From NCBI GenBank assembly GCA_019307135.1, contig JAFDKF010000004.1:2591-66590 (forward strand): a stretch of DNA of 64,000 nucleotides, in the 5' to 3' direction. Within the stretch, counting starts at the first letter, position 1; every line of letters starts with the position of its first letter. The stretch is from Deltaproteobacteria bacterium. GTDB lineage: Bacteria > Desulfobacterota > Desulfobacteria > Desulfobacterales > C00003060. The notes under the pieces were generated by a model. It was not told the DNA's origin. It ran no database searches and saw only the letters and a list, made by a program, of their open reading frames with translations. Shown here piece by piece: positions 19,746 to 28,259 of this stretch. The translations under genes and the position numbers were made by a program.

Positions 19746-20942
19746 ATGATATCCAAAGGACACGAAAGTGAAGCGGCAGCGCTCAAGGAAGAAAAGGTCC
19801 TGGATAAAAGGATTATGGCTGCGAGACAGGCAGCAGGTTTTTCCATTACCGAAGCGGCTCAAAAACTGGGGTTTAAAAACTATCAGACTCTTTCTGCCAT
19901 TGAAAAAGGTGCAAGGAACATAAATGCCCATGAATTAATTATGATGGCTCGTTTATATGGCAGAAATCTGGACTATTTCTTGGAATCCGACGTTGCCCCC
20001 GATCCTGTGCCCTTGTGGAGACACGAAGTGAAGCCTGCGCTCAAGGCAAGAAAAACAGACGTAAATCAAATACAGCGCCAATTCCTTTCTTTTCTGGAAA
20101 ATTACAGTAACCTGGAACACCTGCTTGGGCTCAAGCGACGATGGAAAGATATTCAGAAAAATTATGATAGGGATGATTTTTCCGTAAACGGCTTTGAGCA
20201 GGCCGATAAACTTGGCGCTGATATTCACAATTTCCTCGACTTAGGTTCTCGTCCTTCCTTGAATCTGCTTAATGTACTCGAAAATAAACTTCGTTTCAAA
20301 ATCCTTCATTTGTCTTTGGGGGATGGTGTCTCCGGCGCCAGCGTTGTGGACAACATCTTAGGGGTTGGCATACTCATCAACGCGAAGGATGCTCCATGGA
20401 GAAGAAATTTTGATCTGGCACATGAATTATTTCATGTCATAACCTGGAATGTTTTTTCTCCCGAAGAGATTGGTAACGGTACAACAAAAACCAGGCCGGA
20501 ACAATATGCGGACATCTTTGCTTCAAGTCTGCTCTTACCTGAAGCTCATCTCCTCAATGCACTCAAAGAAACAGCTACCGACAATGAAATCAGAGTCATT
20601 GATATCATTGAGCTGGCCAAGGAGTTCGGTGTCTCAACGGAAGCAGTCCTTTGGCGACTTGTCAACCTGAAGAAACTTAAGAAATCCCAAGCGCAAAGGG
20701 TCTTGGATAACCCGAAATTCCGTGATCTTGATCGCAGTATGCGTCGAAGGTTGTATAGCGGAGACAGGCTGTCCAAATTTCCTTCAAGATTTATATCTCT
20801 TGCATGCAGATGCTTGATGAAAGGCAAGATATCAAGAGGCACTTTCGCCGAATATCTGGAAATAGATCGGGCTGAAATAGACGACTATCTGGACGCAGCA
20901 GGATTTGTGGAAGGAAACTATGCGAAAATTGCTGCTGCTTGA
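19746..20942 (+). CDS. Xre HTH + ImmA/IrrE Zn-metallopeptidase
   Basis: HTH (RIMAARQAAGFSITEAAQKLG..TLSAIEKG); RRNFDLAHELFH (HExxH); EQYADIFASSLLLP; FGVS. Confidence 0.92.
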   Translation: MISKGHESEAAALKEEKVLDKRIMAARQAAGFSITEAAQKLGFKNYQTLSAIEKGARNINAHELIMMARLYGRNLDYFLESDVAPDPVPLWRHEVKPALKARKTDVNQIQRQFLSFLENYSNLEHLLGLKRRWKDIQKNYDRDDFSVNGFEQADKLGADIHNFLDLGSRPSLNLLNVLENKLRFKILHLSLGDGVSGASVVDNILGVGILINAKDAPWRRNFDLAHELFHVITWNVFSPEEIGNGTTKTRPEQYADIFASSLLLPEAHLLNALKETATDNEIRVIDIIELAKEFGVSTEAVLWRLVNLKKLKKSQAQRVLDNPKFRDLDRSMRRRLYSGDRLSKFPSRFISLACRCLMKGKISRGTFAEYLEIDRAEIDDYLDAAGFVEGNYAKIAAA

Positions 20943-21379
20943 CGCAAATAAGCAAAGCTTATAATATTTGTCTAACCCGGAATGTTTTTGAGGAAGCAGG
21001 ATATTACAAAAAGGACGGGGCAAAAATAGATATTGACATTAAAGATGTCACGATAATTGAAAATGTTGATCTTGAAAGTTTGAGAAAGGTGCAAAGGGAA
21101 GCAAAAGAGGCGAGATTAGGAATAGACCCCGGAGAGTCCACATCAATAGCCTATTTAATCCAAACCGAAGAAGAAATAACCTTTTGCTCTTGCGACCAGG
21201 CTGCCATAAAGCTCGTCTCTTATATGGAACTTGAACAAAAATCAATCAGCCTGCAAAGAGCCTTTAGGGACATTGGATATCATAAGAGAAATTTGTATCC
21301 GAGACATCTTGAGAAGACTTTCAAGGCAGCCGTTAATGAAGGAAAAACGCTGAGAATTCAATTTAAAAAGCTGGTATAG
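20920..21379 (+). pseudogene. PIN-domain partner protein, frameshifted near the 5' end
   Basis: AAGGA + ATG 20920 gives MRKLLLLDAN (PIN strand 1), then stops; body (VFEEA, IDPGESTSI, CSCDQAA) is in the +1 frame. Confidence 0.7.
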
Positions 21380-21455
21380 TTTTGATATAAAAATCATGGT
21401 TGGCTTTTTAAATTATGGATGATCCAGGAAAAAAGAATTTGAGGCTTGCGATTAA

Positions 21456-22067
21456 ATGGCTGGCATTCGATTCGTCAAGAAAAGTGCGAGGGAAAAGGCA
21501 ATCCGGTTTTGCGCACGTTCTGCACGAACGTCCCGGTCAGGTCCCCAACATGATTATGTTGCTGATTTAATAACTAAAATTCAATCAAGGACTGTTCCGT
21601 TATCACAATGTATGGCTGAGGCATATAGACTGGCCAAAAGCAAAAAAATAACTTCCCTTGAAGAATTCTGCGCTGGCGAGCTTACTGGCTGGTATGGTGA
21701 CAGATTAAAAAACTATTATCCAAAATATCGTCTTGCCCAGGTTTATGCAGGGATAAATCGACAGATTAATATGCAATATTTTGGTTGGGACGGAACTTCT
21801 TCCAATGTAATGGATTTTATTAAAAGGGATACGGATAATTTCAAGCCAACAAAACTATTGTTTGCACAGCCTTTGTCTGAACTTGAAGCAAAAATTCCTT
21901 CTGATTTATCAAACAAAATAATATCATTAACAATGCGAGCGTGTGATTTTATACCAGACACTGAAAATCCCAATATCCCAATATACGTTTATGCTAGTAC
22001 CCAAGCTTATGTTAATATTTTAGAAGGGATTAGAAATGAACTTACAATTCGCTTAATGGATCTTTAA
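21456..22067 (+). CDS. AbiTii-like domain protein, probably 5'-truncated
   Basis: LSQCMAEAYRLAK....LEEFCAGELTGW...PKYR resembles the AbiTii pattern; low GC; first ~30 codons look non-native. Confidence 0.5.
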   Translation: MAGIRFVKKSAREKAIRFCARSARTSRSGPQHDYVADLITKIQSRTVPLSQCMAEAYRLAKSKKITSLEEFCAGELTGWYGDRLKNYYPKYRLAQVYAGINRQINMQYFGWDGTSSNVMDFIKRDTDNFKPTKLLFAQPLSELEAKIPSDLSNKIISLTMRACDFIPDTENPNIPIYVYASTQAYVNILEGIRNELTIRLMDL

Positions 22068-22148
22068 CCATTTACCGCATCAACTCCGACAAACAATAGC
22101 CGCGTGTTTCCCACGGTTATTGTTTGCGGATTATGCTCGGCGTTGTAC
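22062..22148 (+). mobile_element. Degenerate integron attC-like site
   Basis: CTTTAAC overlapping the upstream stop codon; imperfect stem GCATCAACTCCGACAAACAATAGCCG / CGGTTATTGTTTGCGGATTATGC with unpaired bases; ends GGC-GTTGTAC. Confidence 0.55.
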
Positions 22149-22187
22149 CCACCGCCCCGTTGGGTCATTTACTATTGGAATTTCATA

Positions 22188-22691
22188 ATGAACACAATAT
22201 CGATTGCTATGATATCATTTGTCGGGTCTTCAATAATCTTTGTACTTGCGTGTCTGATAGTACGTTGCGCGCGTTTTCCCACTGGTAACGACTCCGAGCC
22301 AGATTCACTTCATGGCAATCGTCCGGAACGGATAGCAAACATCAGAGATCAGACCGAGCGTGTACATAAAGCGTTTGAATTCTATTTGAAGGTCACTCTC
22401 GCAATTTTAGGCGGTATTGCGTATCTGGTCTCATCAGCGAAGAATGGGCAGTCCGAGGCTACTGCGGAGTTACTCGTAGCGGCTGGATGGTTCGAATTAA
22501 TGATTGGTACAGCTTTTTCTGTGATAGTATTTCTTCATATGAAATCAAAAATTGCTCGGTGGAGCCGAAGATATTCTTGGTGGGAACCATTTTTGTGGAT
22601 GGAGTGCTGGTTTGTTGCCGTAATGATGACAATAGCTGTTTCTTTGCCTGCTGCAGTCATACCCGCAATAGTCATTGTACTTCCCAGTTGA
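22188..22691 (+). CDS. Hypothetical membrane protein (~4 TM)
   Basis: Four hydrophobic segments; ATG 40 nt after the attC-like site. Confidence 0.65.
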   Translation: MNTISIAMISFVGSSIIFVLACLIVRCARFPTGNDSEPDSLHGNRPERIANIRDQTERVHKAFEFYLKVTLAILGGIAYLVSSAKNGQSEATAELLVAAGWFELMIGTAFSVIVFLHMKSKIARWSRRYSWWEPFLWMECWFVAVMMTIAVSLPAAVIPAIVIVLPS

Positions 22692-22709
22692 CAGTGGATC
22701 GAGAGAAGG

Positions 22710-22876
22710 GGGGCGCATCTTAATTATTAACTATTCGTTTCTTGTTTTAGAGGTGAACCGGTCGCTGAGAAACCCAAAAGACGACTGAGAAACAACACGT
22801 TGGCTGGATAATTAACCTGGATAATAATGTCAATAATTAATAATTAAGATGTTAAGATGCGACCCTGGGCTTTCCC
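22710..22876. mobile_element. AT-rich MITE-like element, copy 1
   Basis: Ends GGGCGCATCTTAATTATTAA / TTAATAATTAAGATG(..)CGACCC; near-identical to 24765-24916. Confidence 0.85.
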
Positions 22877-22891
22877 CCCGTTCGGGAGTAG

Positions 22892-23193
22892 GGAGTAGAG
22901 GCGACCATGTCTGAATTGAAGCGAAGGCACGGCATGGGCAAGCTGCGTGTACGTAGATCAACCAAAGTGTGTTTTGCGATAGCCTGTAAAGTGATCGCCT
23001 GCAATATAAAGCGCTGGGCGAAAGCCCTTGCGGCCTCTGGCACAGATTTACAACGCCTCATATGGTTCATTTTACGCCGTTTAGGGGTGCTCGAGATCAA
23101 TCTCAACAAAATATGCTTTGGAACGTTGATGAACGGAACCGGTCAATTCTGATTCATTTTTTCGCAAAAAAAGGGGACTTATTTTTCAGGAAT
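22892..23193 (+). pseudogene. 3' remnant of a DDE transposase (IS1182/IS5-like)
   Basis: GVEATMSELKRRHGMGKLRVR...IACNIKR matches the DDE C-terminal signature; no N-terminal part. Confidence 0.7.
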
Positions 23194-23346
23194 CCAAAAC
23201 TAAATGGCGTCCCCTTGGACACACGTTGCGACTGTGAGCAGGACTACGAGATTGTATGGGTGGAAATTGAACGACGCTTCGAGACCACGATGCGCACGAA
23301 AGACACGAAATAATAAGTCGATTTCGTGGTTTAGCAGAGATTAAGA

Positions 23347-24735
23347 ATGGACATTTTTGAAATCCTCAAAAAAGGCGAATCGGAAACCGTTGAATTCAAA
23401 GAACGATTCAACAAGGAAACCATCATTTCCTTGGTGGCATTTGCCAACACAAAGGGCGGCAAGATTATTGTAGGTGCGGATAGAAAAGGGCGCGTTACCG
23501 GTATCAAGGCAGGCCGGGAGACAGCGCAGCGTTATTTAAATGAAATTAAGGTTGCTACCTATCCTCAAATTCTGCCCAATGTTGATGAATATGAAATACA
23601 AGGGAAAACCGTCCTGGTATTTGAGATAAAAGAGTATCCCGTAAAACCAATATGTTTTAAGAACCGTTATTACAAAAGGGTTAAGAACAGCAATCACCTG
23701 CTTACCCTGGATGAAATCGTGGATCTGCAGCAGCAGAGTTTGAATATTTCCTATGATGCCTATCCGTTGAAAGAAAACCTGTCCTCACTGGATACCGCCT
23801 TGCTGGAAAAATTTGTTGAAACAATAAACTCAAGAGGCCGGATAAACCTTCAGGATGATCTGCTGACCAATTTGACAAAGCTGAAATTAATCCAGGCGGG
23901 CAAGCCGACATTGGCTGGCATGCTGCTATTCGGAAACCATGGCTTTTCCATCCATATTGGGAGGTTCAAATCAGAAGATACGATTATTGATGATCTGTTG
24001 ATAAAAGATCCTCTGCTAGTCGCTCTGGATGAAGCCATGATCTTTATCAAGAAACATATCAGCCTTTCCTACCGATTTGACGGAAGCCTTAAACGGAAAG
24101 AATCGTGGCAGTACCCGCTGGAGGCCATTCGTGAATTGCTCTTAAATTCTGTTGTTCACCGTGATTATAAGCATTCATCGGATATCGTCATCAAAGTATT
24201 TGACGATAGGATTGTCTTCACCAATCCGGGCAGAATCTACGGCAACCTGACCATTAAAGATCTTGAACGGGATGATTACGTGTCGTCCATCCGAAATAAA
24301 CTGCTTGCCGAATCGTTCTACCTTATGGGAGATATTGAAAAATACGGGACAGGATTCATCAGGATTCGAAAATTGATAGAAGATTACCCGGGGGTCTCTT
24401 ACAGCATAAGTGAGACGGGTGATTTCTTTAAGGTGGAGATGCGCCATACCCCCACAAAACCCCTCCTAATACCAAAAACGGATCTGCCTGAAAAACTGCC
24501 TGAAAACTTGCCTGAAAAACTGCCTGTAATTCAGAGACAGATAATCGAAAATATGTTGAAGAACCCTAAAATTACATATAATGAACTTGCCGACATTACG
24601 GGAAAAACCAGAGAAACGATAAGGGTTCATATCAATAAGCTAAAGGAAATGAATTTAATCAAAAGGATCGGCCCGGATAAGGGCGGCTACTGGGAAATCC
24701 TTGGCCCACAGTCCACGAAACACACTAAAGAGTAA
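23347..24735 (+). CDS. Schlafen AlbA_2 + HATPase_c_4 + wHTH protein
   Basis: GESETVEFK, AFANTKGG, RELLLNSVVHRDY, RNKLLA, IEKYGTG, RIGPDKGGYW; LPEK/LPEN linker repeats. Confidence 0.9.
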   Translation: MDIFEILKKGESETVEFKERFNKETIISLVAFANTKGGKIIVGADRKGRVTGIKAGRETAQRYLNEIKVATYPQILPNVDEYEIQGKTVLVFEIKEYPVKPICFKNRYYKRVKNSNHLLTLDEIVDLQQQSLNISYDAYPLKENLSSLDTALLEKFVETINSRGRINLQDDLLTNLTKLKLIQAGKPTLAGMLLFGNHGFSIHIGRFKSEDTIIDDLLIKDPLLVALDEAMIFIKKHISLSYRFDGSLKRKESWQYPLEAIRELLLNSVVHRDYKHSSDIVIKVFDDRIVFTNPGRIYGNLTIKDLERDDYVSSIRNKLLAESFYLMGDIEKYGTGFIRIRKLIEDYPGVSYSISETGDFFKVEMRHTPTKPLLIPKTDLPEKLPENLPEKLPVIQRQIIENMLKNPKITYNELADITGKTRETIRVHINKLKEMNLIKRIGPDKGGYWEILGPQSTKHTKE

Positions 24736-24764
24736 GCCATAGAAAGAGGGAGAAGAGAGGGAGA

Positions 24765-24916
24765 ATCTTAATTATTAACTATTCGTTTCGTGTTTTAGAG
24801 ATGAACCGGTCGCTGAGAAACCCAAAAGACGACTGAGAAACAACACGTTGGCTGGATAATTAACCTGGATAATAATGTCAATAATTAATAATTAAGATGC
24901 GCCCCCGGGCTTTCCC
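24765..24916. mobile_element. AT-rich MITE-like element, copy 2 (direct orientation)
   Basis: Near-identical to 22717-22876. Confidence 0.85.
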
Positions 24917-25054
24917 GCATAAGAGCTATTTGCGCTGCGCGGTTACGGCTAGGACATCATATCGATACGGGGGATTGCGGATAGTTACCGAGACTGAGAC
25001 ACACGTCATTGTCTGCAACTACGTCCTGACACGTGGCTGGAGGAGGTGAATCGG

Positions 25055-27629
25055 ATGGCAGGGAAAAAGAAGGCGGGCAAGAAACCGATTGAGCAATACG
25101 ACCACAAGGGAAAGAAGCGGGTCAATAATCCGCCGGTTGGTCTGGTGACGCCTGATACGGATAAGGAAACGGGAAAAAAAGGATATGCTTATGACCCGCA
25201 TATTGACCCGAGCCTGCAATGGGCGGGCAAGGCCGAGCATACATCTTTTGACGTGCCTAATGTATCCCTTCATGTCCACGAGCGCATAGACCCCCGTACC
25301 ATTATCGAGGCGGTGCGCAAAAGAAACGGACAAAAGTACGATCAACTTTCTCTATTTGCCCAAGCCGATGAAAACCCACCCTTAAGAGAAGCCATTGAGT
25401 TCTACAAGCACAAGCACAACTGGTCAAACCGCCTTGTGGCTGGCGACAGCCTTCTTGTAATGAACTCCCTCCTGGAAAAGGAAGGCATGGGCGGCAAGGT
25501 GCAGATGATTTACATGGACCCGCCATATGGCATCAAGTATGGCAGTAACTTCCAGCCCTTTGTGAACAAACGGGATGTAAAAGACGGAAAGGACGAAGAT
25601 TTGACTGCCGAACCGGAGATGATTAAGGCCTTCCGTGATACGTGGGAACTCGGGATTCATTCGTATTTGACCTATCTGCGGGACAGGCTGCTGCTGGCAA
25701 GGGAACTGTTGAGTGAAAGTGGGAGTATCTTTGTGCAGATTTCGGATGAGAATGTTCATCATGTAAGGGAGTTGATGGACGAGGTGTTTGGGAACAAGAA
25801 TTTCGTCAATGAAATCATATTCCTTAAGACTACTGGCCAAACGAGTAAGTTGCTGCCACCAGCAAATGACTATTTGATATGGTATGCCAAGGATGGTGAT
25901 TGTGTAAAGTATCGCCAACTGTTTGGAGCAAGGGATCAAGACTACATTGACGCTGCATACAACTATTTAGAACTCCATAACGGTGAGGTTAAGAAGTTAA
26001 GCAAAACCGAGGTAAGAAATGAAGAAGTCCTGCTTCAGGGTCGGAGATTCAGAATAGACAATCTTACTTCTCAGTCTGGTCCTGGCGATGTGCCTGAAAC
26101 TAGATTCATTTGGAACAAAAAAACCTACAGATTGAAAACCGGTTCATGGAAAACCTCGATATCTGGATTGAAAAACCTAGCCAAAGCAAATAGGCTATGG
26201 TTTCTGGAGCACACCGTATACTACAAAAGATACGTTGATGATTTTCCCATACAACCCATGAACAATGTCTGGCACGATACGACAATTAGCGGATATGCCT
26301 CAGAAAAAATGTATGTTGTTCAAACCCTCACAAAAGTTATTGAACGATGCCTCCTAATGACCACCGACCCCGGCGATCTCGTCCTCGACCCCACCTGCGG
26401 TTCCGGTACCACAGCCTACGTGGCCGAGCAGTGGGGCAGGCGGTGGATAACCTGCGATACATCACGGGTGGCCCTTGCCTTGGCCAAACAACGGCTAATG
26501 ACCGCACTGTATGATTACTATGAGCTTGCCCATCCCGCAGAAGGCGTGGGTAGCGGTTTCAAATACAAGACCGTGCCCCATATTACCCTGAAGTCCATTG
26601 CCAACAATGAACCGCCCGCACAAGAAACCCTTTATGACCAGCCCTATATAGACAAATCCCGGGCAAGGGTCTCCGGACCCTTTACTGTGGAGGCAGTGCC
26701 TGCGCCTGTTGTAAGACCTCTGGAGGATATAAGTGCATACAGTGGATACGACACTCCCTGCAGATGAGTCTGTTGCTCGCAGCGGCGAGACGTTGCGCCA
26801 CGGGGAGTGGCGGGATGAGCTGCTCAAGACCGGCATTAGGGGTAAGAGAGGCCAGTTTATACTCTTTTCAAGGGTCGAGCCTTTGCCTGGAACCCGCTGG
26901 GTCCATGCCGAGGCGGAAACAAGACCGAATGATCTGGGAGCTGATTCTGTCCAGGAACCACAGGGAATATACGCCCAACCGGTCCGGGCGGTTATCTCTT
27001 TCGGCTCGGAACATGCACCGTTGGAACAGCGGCAGGTGGAATTGGCCATCGAGGAGGCACAGAAGCTGGTTCCCAGACCCAAAATCATTGTTTTTGCAGC
27101 ATTCCAGTTTGATCCCGAGGCCGCAAAAGATATTGACGAGACCGACTGGCCGGGCGTCACGCTTCTCAAGGCCCAGATGGATGATGACCTTCTGACTGAA
27201 GACCTGAAAAAGAAACGGAAAAGCAACCAGAGCTTCTGGCTCGTAGGCCAACCCGATGTGAGGATTGAAGAGATCAAGAAAGGCAAGGACAAGGGCAAAT
27301 ATCGCGTGGAAGTCCTGGGTTTTGACTACTGGAACACCAAGACCGGCGTCATTGAATCGGGTGGGACGGATAAGATTAGCATCTGGATGCTGGATACCGA
27401 CTATGATGGCAGGAGCCTTTTCCCGAAACAGGTGTTTTTCCCCATGTCCGGCCAAAAGGACGGCTGGTCGCGCCTGGCAAAAAATCTGAAGGCGGAGATC
27501 GACGAGGAACTTATTGAAGCCTATCGAGGAACGGTTTCGTTGCCGTTTGAAATCGGTGAGAACAAGCGCATCGCAGTCAAGATCGTGGATGATAGGGGCA
27601 TAGAAAGCCTCAAAATAGAGGAGGTTTAA
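25055..27629 (+). pseudogene. mod: Type III R-M methyltransferase (Mod), split by a frameshift at ~26733-26765
   Basis: GDSL, YMDPPYG, DPTCGSGTT in ORF 25055-26767; continuation PADESVARSGE...IAVKIVDDRGIE in +1 frame to 27629. Confidence 0.85.
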
Positions 27630-27631
27630 TA

Positions 27632-27937
27632 ATGGACCAAACTAATATTATAATACCAAAAGAAGAAATCGTCAGGTTTTGTAAAAGAAATCATATTGTA
27701 AAACTCTCAATTTTTGGCTCTGCCTTGCAAAAAGACTTCGGCCCTGACAGCGATATTGATCTGCTTGTTGAATTTGATCCTGATCGTATCCCCGGTCTTA
27801 TCCGGCTAGCCGGTATGGAAATTGAGATGGCTGAAATCATTGGGCGCAAAGTGGATATCAGGACCCCTCAGGATTTGAGTCCTTACTTCAGAAACGAGAT
27901 CCTTGACACCGCAGAGGTGCAATATGCAGAAGGGTAA
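27632..27937 (+). CDS. MNT antitoxin (MntA-like)
   Basis: IFGSALQKDFGPDSDIDLLVEF, GRKVD. Confidence 0.92.
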   Translation: MDQTNIIIPKEEIVRFCKRNHIVKLSIFGSALQKDFGPDSDIDLLVEFDPDRIPGLIRLAGMEIEMAEIIGRKVDIRTPQDLSPYFRNEILDTAEVQYAEG

Positions 27938-28259
27938 TTTTATTCTGTTGCGTCATATGCTTGATGCTGCCAGAGAAGCAGTATCTTTTGTCGCAAACAA
28001 CACAAGACATTCTTTAAACACAGACCGCAAACTTGAGCTTGCTCTTATAAAGTGCATTGAAATCGTTGGAGAAGCTGCGTCTAAGGTAAGTACTGATTAT
28101 CGTGAAAATACGTCTCAAGTCCCATGGGCCAATATTATCTCTATGAGAAATCGTCTGATACACGGGTATTTTGACATCGATCTTGACATTCTCTGGCAAA
28201 CCGTAGTTGAAGACCCCCCGCCCCTGATTGCGGAACTTGAGAAAATCATAGAGGTATAA
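27924..28259 (+). CDS. HepT/DUF86 HEPN RNase toxin
   Basis: EIVGEAA, PW..I..MRNRLIHGY (RX4HXY); ATG 27924. Confidence 0.92.
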   Translation: MQKGNFILLRHMLDAAREAVSFVANNTRHSLNTDRKLELALIKCIEIVGEAASKVSTDYRENTSQVPWANIISMRNRLIHGYFDIDLDILWQTVVEDPPPLIAELEKIIEV

